From Bdellovibrionales bacterium (GTDB lineage Bacteria; Bdellovibrionota; UBA1018; CAIMNF01), in NCBI GenBank assembly GCA_018266375.1, contig JAFEAO010000002.1, positions 189,582 to 253,581 of the forward strand: DNA of 64,000 nt, given 5' to 3'. Shown in pieces: positions 21,108 to 30,948 of this stretch. Made by a program: the position numbers and the translations under genes. Position 1 is the stretch's first letter, and the number at the start of each line of letters is the position of its first letter. The notes under the pieces are model-generated. The model worked only from the letters and a program-made list of their open reading frames with translations. It was not told the DNA's origin and ran no database searches.

Positions 21108-22246
21108 CAGATGATTCTCCGAAAGAGAAAGAAGAAGTTTTCGAGCGCGCGGGTCCAGAACGGCCGCTTTTGCCAAGGCAAAAACTCGATGGAGTTGGAC
21201 GCCCGGAGGTCGGCCTCAAATCGCTCGGTGAGACGCTTGATATTTTCAGGTTTCGAGATGACGACGTCGGCTTCGAGGTCGTGAAAAATGCTCCGATGAT
21301 TGAGGTTGGATGAGCCGACCGTAGCGAAATCATCGACGATCAATATCTTGGCATGCAGGATCGACGGTTGGTACTCGTAGATCTTTACGCCGTGCTTGAG
21401 CAGCGCCGTGTAGTAGTAGGCCGCCGCAAACCGGGACGGAAAGAAGTCGATCTTAAACGGGAGCAAAAGCCGCACGTCGACTCCGTGAAAGGCGGCGTGG
21501 CGGAGCGCGCGCGCTATTTTGCGTCCGGGCGCGAAATACGGATTCGTGATCCAAATCCGCCGTTTTGAGCCCGTGAGTTCGTGTACGAGTTGTTCGCGAT
21601 AATTCGCGCTTTGAGATTCCGAAAAATTAATCCGGAGCCATTTGAGCGAGGTGATGAGTTTCATCTGGCGGCGAATGCGATCGAAGTAGTCGTAGTTAAA
21701 TTCCCACGCGACCTGAAACGCTTGTTGCAGGATGCTGACATTGGGGCCGCTCACGCATACGGAAGTATCGCGCCAAGCATCATTGCCGGAAAGCGACGGG
21801 GCGTGACGCGCGCTCACGTTCATGCTGCCCACGAAAGCAGTGGTGCTGTCGATCACGCAAGTCTTGCGATGGTTACGATGATTGAGCTTGTAGAAACCGA
21901 GAGCAAGCTTCCTGATGGTCAAAAATTTCCAGAACGGGTAGGCGTGACGCTGCCACGGCATCGGGTGAAAGAATTTAATCTCGATTCCAAACTTCCGAAA
22001 CTTATCGGCTTCGCCGCTGGTCCAAGCGCTCGATCCCACGCCATCGAGCATCAGCCGTACTTTGACCCCGCGGGCGACGGCGCGCGCTAAGGTGTCGAGC
22101 ATGCGCTTACCGAGGGCATCTTCGTCAAAAATGTAGGTTTCCAGATCGACCGTGCTCCGGGCCTGATCAATAGCCTGCTCAAGGCTGCCGAAGAACGCGT
22201 CGCCGTCGTCGAATACGATTTCCTGAGTCCAAGGGTCAGCCTGCAT
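21107..22246 (-). CDS. clsB: Phospholipase-D family cardiolipin synthase, ClsB-like (no N-terminal TM helices)
   Basis: Two HKD motifs: HRKTCVIDSTTAFVGSMN and LHAKILIVDDFATVGSSNLN. Confidence 0.88.
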   Translation of the reverse strand: MQADPWTQEIVFDDGDAFFGSLEQAIDQARSTVDLETYIFDEDALGKRMLDTLARAVARGVKVRLMLDGVGSSAWTSGEADKFRKFGIEIKFFHPMPWQRHAYPFWKFLTIRKLALGFYKLNHRNHRKTCVIDSTTAFVGSMNVSARHAPSLSGNDAWRDTSVCVSGPNVSILQQAFQVAWEFNYDYFDRIRRQMKLITSLKWLRINFSESQSANYREQLVHELTGSKRRIWITNPYFAPGRKIARALRHAAFHGVDVRLLLPFKIDFFPSRFAAAYYYTALLKHGVKIYEYQPSILHAKILIVDDFATVGSSNLNHRSIFHDLEADVVISKPENIKRLTERFEADLRASNSIEFLPWQKRPFWTRALENFFFLFRRII

Positions 22247-22329
22247 GACAAGTTGATTGTAACCGAGGCACGCCGGTTCTGTATATGCGGAAACTTGCCC
22301 TCATCCCGTGCGGGGAGTATTCTAAACTC

Positions 22330-23511
22330 ATGTGGAAACTATCCGCGCTGCTATTGCTTCCGGTCCTCTCGCATGCGGAATGTATTGTGGTCGATGCGTA
22401 TGCGGTGCTTCGACAGGACCCGGATGGAAAGATCCTCCGGAGCATTCCCGAGTATTCGACGTTGAACGTGCTTAAGCGTAAAGACGGTTGGATCGAGGTG
22501 CAGTCGTTTCAGGATAAGAACCGCATCATCCGATGCGCAAATGAAGAAATCGGCACGAAATCCGAAGTCTCGGGCTGGATTAAGGAGTCGATGCAAAAGA
22601 AGATGGACTTTACCGAGTCGATGAAAGTCGATCCCCTCGGGATGCTGATGGGACATGCCCGACTCATGGAAAACTTGGGCTCGCACCTGGGAGCCACTCT
22701 GACCAAAGACGCCAGTTGCGGAACTTACCGGTTTTCGCAGACGGATCGGTCTTGGAAAGATGGGGCGATGAAGCTATTTTCAAAAGGGGCTGAGGTACCG
22801 GGGATCTGCGCTTCCGACGACGACGCTGTGGCGTGCACGCAGCCTGACAAAGACGGGGAGCATGCGACGGTTTGCCGCAAAGACGATGTCGAAACCAGCA
22901 AAATCAGCAGTTTCGGTAAGAGCGATCGGCTAAAAAAAATCTCGGACTTGTCCAAGATGCTGAAACCGGAACTCGAAAAAGTCTTGGGCCCGGAAATCAT
23001 TGATGCGATGACGGGTGCCTATCCCGATTGGACCGCGCTCGTTGTCCCTCATCCTCTTCGGGATTTGGATTATTTGTTTGATCTCGACCTGATCCCTTGG
23101 GAGATGGAGCGGGGGTTCGCATTCGGAACCGAAAAGTACAAGAAGCGAAAAGTTTGGTTGTTCTTTGCCACGCCGAAGGATGCGCTAGCGCAAGTTCCGA
23201 CGCTTGGGTTTGAAGGCGACTCTAAAATCGAATTTCGTAGAATCCCGTTTGCGCTCAAAGACGACGACAAAAAGAGCAGGACCGACAACCGGCCGGTACT
23301 CTGTCTGGCCGAGGGTGAATCGTTTCTCGCTTTGAATGCCTGCCGACCGCAAAGCGGCCTGAGCTATTGGATCGGTTCCCTCGACTTTAGAAGTAGCCCG
23401 CCGCGAGCCGTGGATGAAGACGTGATGAAACGCGCCGTAAATGCCTTGGACAAGACCACGAGTTGCTGCGAGTGGAATGACGAGCATTATGTGCCGTTCA
23501 AAAAACCGTGA
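22330..23511 (+). CDS. Secreted Cys-rich protein with an N-terminal SH3b-like domain, unknown function
   Basis: Signal peptide MWKLSALLLLPVLSHA. The SH3b-like segment is AYAVLRQDPDGKILRSIPEYSTLNVLKRKDGWIEVQ. Confidence 0.62.
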   Translation: MWKLSALLLLPVLSHAECIVVDAYAVLRQDPDGKILRSIPEYSTLNVLKRKDGWIEVQSFQDKNRIIRCANEEIGTKSEVSGWIKESMQKKMDFTESMKVDPLGMLMGHARLMENLGSHLGATLTKDASCGTYRFSQTDRSWKDGAMKLFSKGAEVPGICASDDDAVACTQPDKDGEHATVCRKDDVETSKISSFGKSDRLKKISDLSKMLKPELEKVLGPEIIDAMTGAYPDWTALVVPHPLRDLDYLFDLDLIPWEMERGFAFGTEKYKKRKVWLFFATPKDALAQVPTLGFEGDSKIEFRRIPFALKDDDKKSRTDNRPVLCLAEGESFLALNACRPQSGLSYWIGSLDFRSSPPRAVDEDVMKRAVNALDKTTSCCEWNDEHYVPFKKP

Positions 23512-23541
23512 CATCACGCACCCTTTGTTTATACTAAGGGT

Positions 23542-24396
23542 ATGCACATGGTCTGGAACATCTCGCCGATTATCGGAACGCTGGGACCGTTAACGCTCCG
23601 TTGGTACGGACTCCTGTTCGGCCTCGGCTTTATTTTAGCGGCCGGGATCATGAACAAGATCTTCATCAGAGAAAAGCAAAACGCCGAGGCGTTAGATAGC
23701 CTAGTCGGCTTCATGGTGTTGGGCACGATCGTCGGCGCCCGTCTCGGTCACACGTTGATTTATGAGCCGGAAGTCTATCTCGCCGATCCGATTCGGATTC
23801 TCTATGTGTGGGAGGGCGGTCTCGCCAGTCACGGCGGTGCCTTGGGTGCGCTTCTCGCGGCGTGGTGGTGGAACCGCAAACACGGCGAAGGAAGAACCTA
23901 CCTGCAATTTCTCGATTTGATTTGCGTGCCGACGGCGCTTGTGACCTCATTTATCCGTCTTGCTAACTTTTTTAACTCTGAAATCATCGGCCGTCCGACG
24001 GATTCCTTCCTCGGCGTGATTTTTTCGCGCGTCGATCAGTTGCCGCGCCACCCGGCGATGCTTTACGAGTGTTTTGTGTATCTCGCTAACTACTTCTTTT
24101 TAACGAACTTGTTGAACGCGCATAAAAACCGCCGCCCCGGGTATCTCTTCGGAATGTTCCTGACCGTGCTGTTCGTGGCGCGCTTTTTAATCGAGTTTGT
24201 CAAGGAGGTCCAGGTACAGGCCGAGAACGGAATGATGCTCGATTACGGGCAATTGTTGAGTATCCCGTTTATCGGACTCGGGATTTTCCTGATCGTTCGC
24301 GCCAATAGAAATCCGGAAGTCGAGTTGCCGGTTTCGGCGCATGTGACGCCGAAACCACAAGCATCGAGCGGCTCAGGCAAGAAGAGAAAGCGATAA
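23542..24396 (+). CDS. lgt: Prolipoprotein diacylglyceryl transferase
   Basis: Motifs LRWYGLLFGLGF, WEGGLASHGG and RHPAMLYE. Confidence 0.93.
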   Translation: MHMVWNISPIIGTLGPLTLRWYGLLFGLGFILAAGIMNKIFIREKQNAEALDSLVGFMVLGTIVGARLGHTLIYEPEVYLADPIRILYVWEGGLASHGGALGALLAAWWWNRKHGEGRTYLQFLDLICVPTALVTSFIRLANFFNSEIIGRPTDSFLGVIFSRVDQLPRHPAMLYECFVYLANYFFLTNLLNAHKNRRPGYLFGMFLTVLFVARFLIEFVKEVQVQAENGMMLDYGQLLSIPFIGLGIFLIVRANRNPEVELPVSAHVTPKPQASSGSGKKRKR

Positions 24397-24479
24397 TGAC
24401 TTCTTGGTTTGAAAACGGGCTATCCCCGCCGCATTAACCCTGTTGTTATTACCCGCGATCCTCTGGTACTCTAAACGGC

Positions 24480-24770
24480 GTGAAGATCACTCTTTCTAAA
24501 AACGCGAGCTGCGGTGGTAAGATCAATATTCCGGCAGCGGAGTATATGGTTTCTCTTGCCAACGGCAGCTCGGAGATTGTTTTAACCGGTGGTGGCAAAC
24601 AGTTCAAGCTACCGGCAGTGAGGCGGCGCCAAACGGGGAAGACCAAATCCACGAACGTGATGTTTTATTGCGGCGGCGGGCCGCTTTGGAGTATCGTTGT
24701 TTCCACTCCGAAGCTCGGCGAGTGGGTCTCGATGATTGAGTATGAGAAAGACGGTCCCGGCAGAAAGTAG
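24480..24770 (+). CDS. Hypothetical small protein (weak call)
   Basis: GTG start with no obvious RBS. Its composition looks more protein-like than the competing antisense ORFs. Confidence 0.35.
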   Translation: MKITLSKNASCGGKINIPAAEYMVSLANGSSEIVLTGGGKQFKLPAVRRRQTGKTKSTNVMFYCGGGPLWSIVVSTPKLGEWVSMIEYEKDGPGRK

Positions 24771-24827
24771 CTGGTCGAATTCGCGGCTCATGTCGCGTTT
24801 AAAATTTAACGCGTCTAAAATTTAAAT

Positions 24828-25004
24828 TTAGAAGTAACGGATGTTCGCACGGTTCAAGTAACGTTTGCGAATGATGAAGATTGCCGCGAGCAATAGGAGA
24901 GCTCCGCTAGCGAGGCGCATTTGTGAGCCGTTGGCCATGACCATGCTGATTAATCCGATGAGGCTGAATGCGTAAGGACGGAGTTCGTAGAGCACTTTTT
25001 CCAT
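24828..25004 (-). CDS. Small two-TM membrane protein
   Basis: MEKVLYELRPYAFSLIGLISMVMANG...LLLLAAIFIIRKRY, with RBS gggggaa upstream of ATG 25004. Confidence 0.5.
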   Translation of the reverse strand: MEKVLYELRPYAFSLIGLISMVMANGSQMRLASGALLLLAAIFIIRKRYLNRANIRYF

Positions 25005-25159
25005 TTCAGATTTCCCCCTGAAGGCGTCCAGCCTTCTCACTACAAAACGTTGCAGCCATCATGCCAGAAGAGGCAAAATTAGAAATGCATGATTTTGCAG
25101 GCAAAACGTCGGGACGTGTCTCTGCAGACCTGTTTTTGTATTGTTAGCGTGTCGAAAAC

Positions 25160-26059
25160 TTAGACAGATTTCTTCGGAGATTTCGGCGATGGTTTTACGG
25201 CGCCGTATCTGGAAGTGATGAATAGAAAGTCGCGCATCTTTTGCGGGACCGGATATCCGGCGTAGCCGGCGCCGAGACGGGCTTTACGAAGTGGGAGGAT
25301 TTCGTGACGCCAGAATCGGCGGATATCTTTGAGGAGTAATTCCGTCTCTTTGCTGTTTTTAAGCGCCGTCGGGCGGTCGAGCAATAACAGCGAAAGCTCC
25401 TCAATGGCCTTAAAGCTCTCGCCGGTGAGGAAGGATTCGAGGAGCGGATGCCATTCAGGCGGAATCTGTCGGAATCCGTAAACGTAAGTCATCGGTCGCG
25501 AGCTCGTCGGATAGCCCATCTTACGGAGATCGGGGAGCGATACCGAATGACCCAGGAGTCGTAGAAGCGAGTTTAGCGCAAAGAAACCTTCTTTGACCCG
25601 ACGGCGTGATCGGAAGGCCCCGTGATACTGGAAGCCTTCAAAGAGTTCGGGCTTAGTGGTGTAGCAGATAAACACTTCGCCTTCGCGACTGTTGCTGTAG
25701 TCGACTTTGAGGCCGACGACCGGATACATAAAGTAAAAGGCGCCCGCCACGTTCCACTTTGGCCGATGCTGTTGAATGAGCTTGGTCTCGAGGTGGAGTG
25801 CGGTGACCTCATCGACGCAAGTTTCAAACTCGAGACGATGTGCCTCCTGCGTGATCTTGCGCATTTTCATGTGAGCTTTGCGACGCTTGGCATTTTTGTA
25901 TTGCCCAAGGCGTCGGCGCAGGTTTTTGGCCTTGCCGACGTAAATGAGTTCGTCGTCTTGGTTATAGAAGCGATAGACGCCTGGTTCGGACGGAATCGTC
26001 TGGCTTATTCCAGCTTTGAACTGGGCGGTCAGGTTCACTCTTTGATCATAACATTGCAA
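25160..26059 (-). CDS. GIY-YIG nuclease domain protein (UvrC N-terminal / Cho-like)
   Basis: GVYRFYNQDDELIYVGKAKNLRRRLGQY ... E in LETKLI. 299 aa, similar in length to Cho. Confidence 0.78.
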   Translation of the reverse strand: MQCYDQRVNLTAQFKAGISQTIPSEPGVYRFYNQDDELIYVGKAKNLRRRLGQYKNAKRRKAHMKMRKITQEAHRLEFETCVDEVTALHLETKLIQQHRPKWNVAGAFYFMYPVVGLKVDYSNSREGEVFICYTTKPELFEGFQYHGAFRSRRRVKEGFFALNSLLRLLGHSVSLPDLRKMGYPTSSRPMTYVYGFRQIPPEWHPLLESFLTGESFKAIEELSLLLLDRPTALKNSKETELLLKDIRRFWRHEILPLRKARLGAGYAGYPVPQKMRDFLFITSRYGAVKPSPKSPKKSV

Positions 26060-26088
26060 ATGGCCCGGGGACCATCCATAATATTGCC

Positions 26089-27075
26089 ATGGGCCAAAAC
26101 TTCCTCAAAGGCAAACACCTCAATGTGATTCAGGCGCCAGTCGCGCTCGGTCAAAACGTCGAAGGCGTCGACGAAGGTCCGGAGATGTTGCTCTCAAGTG
26201 GGCTCGTGAAGCAGGTCGAGGCTCTCGGTTGGAAAGTCGACGAAGTTTCCGAGATCGACACCCATGATCTCCGTTGGAATTCTCCCGCGGGTCATCTTCC
26301 GGCGCACCAGTCGGGACTGAATATTAAATTTCCCGAGGAACTCGGACACGCCTGCGAAGACTTGGCTTGCTTGGCTCAAAAATCAAACACCAATAAAGCG
26401 TTCACACTCACGCTCGGTGGTGATCACAGTATTGCGATCGGTTCGATCGGCGGGGCATTGCTTGCGCGTCCCGATCTTGGCGTGATCTGGGTCGACGCTC
26501 ATGGGGATTTCAACACTCCTGAGACCAGCCCAAGCGGTAATATCCACGGCATGCCTCTCGCGTTTCTTGCGGGCCTCATGAAAAAATATCCTTTGCCGAG
26601 CTTCGCATGGCTTAAGAATTTCCTCACCCCGAGTCAGCTCGTGCTGATTGGCATCCGCTCGATCGATGTTGAAGAACGCACGATCATGAAATCCTGGGGT
26701 GTGCACGTGTTCTCCATGACCGAGATCGATCGTCACGGGATCGGTGAGGTAATGGAACAAGCCAAGAAAATCCTTTTTCAGAATGGTCCGCGGCCGTTGC
26801 ACTTGAGTTACGACATCGATGCGGTGGATCCGCACTTCGCACCAAGCACCGGCACCAAGGTCCGGGGCGGCCTGAACTATCGTGAGGCTCATTACATCGC
26901 TGAGGACCTCGCCAATACCGGCGCTCTCGTCGGAATGGACCTGGTCGAAATCAACCCACGATTAGGCTACCTCGATCCGGCTCAACGCCAGCTTCGGCAG
27001 GGTCAAGACGTGAACCCAACCGTCGAAATCGGCCTCGAACTCGTATTGAGCGCCCTCGGCAAGCGAATTTATTAG
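26089..27075 (+). CDS. rocF: Arginase (ureohydrolase family)
   Basis: Motifs GGDHSIAIGS, VDAHGDFNTP, SYDIDAVDP and GGLNYREA. Confidence 0.9.
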   Translation: MGQNFLKGKHLNVIQAPVALGQNVEGVDEGPEMLLSSGLVKQVEALGWKVDEVSEIDTHDLRWNSPAGHLPAHQSGLNIKFPEELGHACEDLACLAQKSNTNKAFTLTLGGDHSIAIGSIGGALLARPDLGVIWVDAHGDFNTPETSPSGNIHGMPLAFLAGLMKKYPLPSFAWLKNFLTPSQLVLIGIRSIDVEERTIMKSWGVHVFSMTEIDRHGIGEVMEQAKKILFQNGPRPLHLSYDIDAVDPHFAPSTGTKVRGGLNYREAHYIAEDLANTGALVGMDLVEINPRLGYLDPAQRQLRQGQDVNPTVEIGLELVLSALGKRIY

Positions 27076-27357
27076 CGACTCAGTCCACTTCAATGCGTTT
27101 ATGCCGGTTATTTACCAACACGCAAGTGCGTGTTAGAAATGGAGAGTGAGCGATTTACATCCGATTGGCGTTACCGAAGCGTCGCGACATCTTATCGAAG
27201 GCGTAAACTCAAAATTTATTAAAGAAGGCATGCTCAAAGGAATCGATGCCACGAGTAGAGTTCCATCCGAGCGCGCACCTTTGGATTTTAGAATTACAAA
27301 TCGTGCATCCTACCCTTCCTGTAGGCGCCTTCTACGAAGACCTTCTTTACTGAAATA

Positions 27358-28338
27358 ATGAAAAATTTAAGCGCGTCATTTGTTGTCAGTTTGATGAGTC
27401 TTACGCTGATGCTCTCGGCTTGCTCGAGTGCACCACTTGCATCTCCCGCGGGAAAGAAAGATCCGAACTCATTCCATCTCTGGATCGACACGCGTGCGGC
27501 CGTGGATTTTCTCGATAGCGTCTGCACCACTTCAACCAGCGAGGCTTTCCGCGCGGCTTGGCTTGCGCACGAGGAAAAGTTTTTCGATCTTTACTGGTCG
27601 ATCTATTATCGTCACCCGGATTTTTCGTCCGAGCGGCCCGGTCTATCGTATGAAGCGACTCCTCGTCGCCGCGAAATTTGTAAGAACGCTCGGACGTTCG
27701 TGATGGCCGCGCCGAAATTGATGGAAATGCTGGTTCCAAAAGCGCGGGAGTACATCGGCGCGAATCCGGACCTGCCTTTTTATTTTGTTTCGGCACTTCA
27801 ACCCACCGATGGCAAAGGCGAAGTCTATGATAGCCGCGATGTCTACTCTCTCAATATTTGGCGCGAAACATTTTCGCGTACGACCGGTATGGTCGCGACC
27901 TTATTCCATGAGCTGATTCACGCAGCGCAGTCGCGGGCTTATCCCGATCTTTCTGCGTTGACCCCGTTTGCGCGGTCTCTCTATCGAGAGGGCCTTGCTG
28001 TTTTTGCCGTGAAGCAGCTTTTTCCTGAAGCCGGAGATCGCGCGACAGGATTAAACGAAGAGCAGCTCGCGGTTGCGTACCGATATGTAGCGTCAGGAGC
28101 GCGTGAGGGACTAAAACACCTCGTCGATCCGAATCCCAGCATCTACGACATGGACCGGTATTTTTGGGGCACATGGCGTGATCCGGTACAACCGCCAAAA
28201 TTGGGATACCTCATTGGGACTAAAGTTTTCGAGTCCATCGCAGCTTCGCGCGGTGTGCAAAAGACACTGCGCCTATCACCTGCGGAATTTGGCGCCGTCA
28301 TCAAAGCCGAACTCCAAAAAATCGCCGATTCCAAATAG
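27358..28338 (+). CDS. Lipoprotein with an HExxH motif (predicted Zn-dependent protease, DUF2268-like)
   Basis: Lipobox LSACS and motif FHELIHAAQ. Confidence 0.68.
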   Translation: MKNLSASFVVSLMSLTLMLSACSSAPLASPAGKKDPNSFHLWIDTRAAVDFLDSVCTTSTSEAFRAAWLAHEEKFFDLYWSIYYRHPDFSSERPGLSYEATPRRREICKNARTFVMAAPKLMEMLVPKAREYIGANPDLPFYFVSALQPTDGKGEVYDSRDVYSLNIWRETFSRTTGMVATLFHELIHAAQSRAYPDLSALTPFARSLYREGLAVFAVKQLFPEAGDRATGLNEEQLAVAYRYVASGAREGLKHLVDPNPSIYDMDRYFWGTWRDPVQPPKLGYLIGTKVFESIAASRGVQKTLRLSPAEFGAVIKAELQKIADSK

Positions 28339-28557
28339 GAAGCGCCCGTCGAAGGAGTAGGCACGAGTCCGACCGAACAAGTGTTCTGCCAAAAATCGAT
28401 GAGGCAAATCGGTGCGGATGGAGCTGGCACGGAATATGTATATTATAAAGCGCGAGACAATTTTGAAAAATCATTAAAGTGGTAATGAAACACAGCTTAA
28501 ATGGTTTTGAAGTAATAAATTGAATCTCAAAGAATGCAACGATAGGTTGCATTTAGA

Positions 28558-28594
28558 AATGCCCCTTACCCACGCAGTGGAGGTAAGGGGCATT
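28558..28594 (+). promoter_or_regulatory. Perfect 13-bp stem-loop immediately 5' of the usp ribosome-binding site
   Basis: aatgccccttacc-N11-ggtaaggggcatt, followed by cttctttGGAGGatgctATG. Confidence 0.5.
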
Positions 28595-28611
28595 CTTCTT
28601 TGGAGGATGCT

Positions 28612-29580
28612 ATGAGCAAGATTCTGTTAGCCATCGATCCCTTGGAAAAAAAACTCAAACCCAGTGAGGGTAGTTTGCGCGTTCTTCGGAATTGGCTCCG
28701 CCAAACCGGAAGCAAAGTCGAAGCTGTTTACGTTCAATCCGAGTCGGTGGACTTGACTGAAATGGCCGAAGCGGTGCACCGTTTGGACCTTTCACTTGAG
28801 CACGATATCGAGGCCAGGGTGCTGGTGACTTCGGCAAATACGCAAAAAGAGGTCATTAAGAGGTTCGTGGAATACATACGTGAGTCGGAAGTGGAATTCG
28901 TGGTTTTGCTTTCGCACGGACGCAAATGGCTAAGTCGGCTCGTCCTCGGAAGCTTTTCTGAAGGAATTCTGGCGGATTCTCCCGTACCCGTGGTGTTTCT
29001 CGGATCGGAGCCCACTCCGGGAGCGCACGCGCTTTACCGGGTGATGTTTCCAACCGATTTTTCGGAAGCCTCTAAGAAGGCGTTTCAAAACTTCTTGGCT
29101 CAAGTCGAGACTTTCCGTCCGGATGTGATTTTATATCACTATCTGTCGACGACCGACTTTATCTACGAATATGCCGGAATCTCTTGGGACGGCTACCTTT
29201 TTACCGGCGCAACGATCAACGATCAACGCGATTGGGTCTATCAAGAAGGCGAGAATTGGGCACGCTTAGGCGTCGAGCACGGTCTTAAAGTGAAAGTCGT
29301 TGTCGAGGAAGGTTCGGAAAGCCCAGCGAAGGCAATCTTGAGCGCGGCTGATAAGTTTGAAGTCTCCTTGCTTGGGCTGGCATCAACCCAACGACCGCTT
29401 GAATCGGTCATCGTTGGATCGCTTGCTCGTGATGTCTTTCGGTCACGTAAGATGCCGGTGTGGGTGATGGGTCCGGCGTCCCTCAAGGAATACCGCTTCG
29501 TACCGGGGATCAGCGACGTCAATCGACCCAGCGTCGGACCGCTTCCAGCTGACGGCGCCGCCTTCGGCGATCATCCGTAG
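28612..29580 (+). CDS. Tandem universal stress protein (two UspA domains)
   Basis: ILLAIDP... and MFPTDFSE... start two Usp-like halves. GGAGGA RBS before ATG 28612. Confidence 0.82.
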   Translation: MSKILLAIDPLEKKLKPSEGSLRVLRNWLRQTGSKVEAVYVQSESVDLTEMAEAVHRLDLSLEHDIEARVLVTSANTQKEVIKRFVEYIRESEVEFVVLLSHGRKWLSRLVLGSFSEGILADSPVPVVFLGSEPTPGAHALYRVMFPTDFSEASKKAFQNFLAQVETFRPDVILYHYLSTTDFIYEYAGISWDGYLFTGATINDQRDWVYQEGENWARLGVEHGLKVKVVVEEGSESPAKAILSAADKFEVSLLGLASTQRPLESVIVGSLARDVFRSRKMPVWVMGPASLKEYRFVPGISDVNRPSVGPLPADGAAFGDHP

Positions 29581-29626
29581 GCGAAACGCTTCAGGAGGGG
29601 TAAGTAGAATTCAGGATGGAATTCGA

Positions 29627-29842
29627 TTAAGCGGCCCGACCGTGATGCAGTCTTGCCGGCATCGGGACGATCGGCGTGGCGGGTTTCCGGGCGGCGGCGA
29701 TATGCTCTTTCCACCAAATGCCGACGCCTTCGGCGAGACCGGGCATCACCAAGAAAAACAGAACTGACGTCCACGTCAGTAACACGATTTTCCAATGTTG
29801 GTAATCGGGACTGGTATTCATGTAATAGATTTCGTTCATCAT
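29627..29842 (-). CDS. Small membrane protein downstream of sodB
   Basis: 71 aa with one clear TM helix (WKIVLLTWTSVLFFLVMPGLA). Strong RBS aaggagg before the ATG. Lies 15 nt after the sod stop. Confidence 0.6.
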   Translation of the reverse strand: MMNEIYYMNTSPDYQHWKIVLLTWTSVLFFLVMPGLAEGVGIWWKEHIAAARKPATPIVPMPARLHHGRAA

Positions 29843-29857
29843 AATAAGCCTCCTTGA

Positions 29858-30535
29858 TCATGAAAAACCTAAATTGACTCCGCGGCTAATCCCCATGAAA
29901 TCTTCGTGTAGGATCACGCGCCCTTCCGGATTATACAAATTCTCCTTGTTGTTTTTCTCGACGAACTTCCAGTTCACGATACTCCAATAGTTTTCGAAAT
30001 ATCTTTCGCGTTCGTTCTTAACGTCGAGATAGTAAGCGTGCTCCCAGACGTCGCAGCAGAGGAGGGGGATTTTGTGATGTACGAGCGGGCACTCGGCGTC
30101 CTTCAAAGACAAGATTTCCAGCGCTCCGTCCTCGTCCTTGACGAGCCAAACGTATCCCGAGCCGAATAGTTTCTTGACCTGTGTTTTAAACTCATCGGCA
30201 AAAGCGCGGATCGATCCGAAACCGTCTTCCAGCTCTTTAGTCAGGGCCGTCGAGAGCTTGCTTTTCCTGGTCGGAGTGAGACTCATCCAGTAAAAATTAT
30301 GGTTCCAAAATTGCGCTGCATTATTGAAGATGCCCTCGTCGACCTCGCGCTGGAAGCTTTCGGTGATGATTTCCTCGAGAGACATGTCTTCGTACGCCGT
30401 ACCCACAATCAGTTTGTTGATATTGTCCAAATACTTTCTATGGTGCTTTTCGTAGTGCGTGGTGACTGTCTCGGCGGACAGGCTGGGTTCAAGAGCGTCA
30501 ACCGCGTACGGTAGCTCCGGCATTTTAAATTTCAT
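29858..30535 (-). CDS. sodB: Fe/Mn superoxide dismutase with a C-terminal extension of about 30 aa
   Basis: Motifs LPYAVDALEP, HYEKHH, WNHNFYW and DVWEHAYY. Confidence 0.93.
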   Translation of the reverse strand: MKFKMPELPYAVDALEPSLSAETVTTHYEKHHRKYLDNINKLIVGTAYEDMSLEEIITESFQREVDEGIFNNAAQFWNHNFYWMSLTPTRKSKLSTALTKELEDGFGSIRAFADEFKTQVKKLFGSGYVWLVKDEDGALEILSLKDAECPLVHHKIPLLCCDVWEHAYYLDVKNERERYFENYWSIVNWKFVEKNNKENLYNPEGRVILHEDFMGISRGVNLGFS

Positions 30536-30607
30536 ACGACCTCCTTAATGTGTTCACGCCTTTATGACGTGATCAATGTGCAGACTTCCGGGTTTTTAAT
30601 CGCGGAA

Positions 30608-30811
30608 TCAGTGTTTTTCATGGTTTCTCCTTCTCCCGAATACGAGATGGCTATAAAACTCTTGCGAGTCGTCTTCGATGTCGTAAGGCGAGTGATGGTT
30701 GAGCATCAAGTCAATATCCTCGTCCACACCGTGTTCGTACCCGAAATCCGCCACGTCGATCCGTGGAAAATCCAAAAGTTCAGTACTGGAGTTTTGAGAG
30801 TGAGTTCGCAT
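30608..30811 (-). CDS. Small acidic, His-rich protein upstream of sodB
   Basis: 67 aa. RBS ggaaggag before the ATG. D/E/H-rich and ends NHEKH. Confidence 0.5.
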   Translation of the reverse strand: MRTHSQNSSTELLDFPRIDVADFGYEHGVDEDIDLMLNHHSPYDIEDDSQEFYSHLVFGRRRNHEKH

Positions 30812-30948
30812 AAAAGACTCCTTCCTTTATTTAGTAGCGATATTGCCCACAGTGATAGGTAGCAAAACCCTTGCCAGAGAGAGCGGGGAGTTTTGGGACA
30901 AACTCTTTTGACAGGAGAGAGTCGAAACTGACGAATTATTGCGAAGAC

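Noticed and set aside
27146-27358. 70-aa GTG-start ORF between arginase and the HExxH lipoprotein
   Set aside because: It has no RBS and an Arg/Ser/Leu-rich tail, and it ends exactly at the next gene's start. It is more likely promoter or leader sequence.
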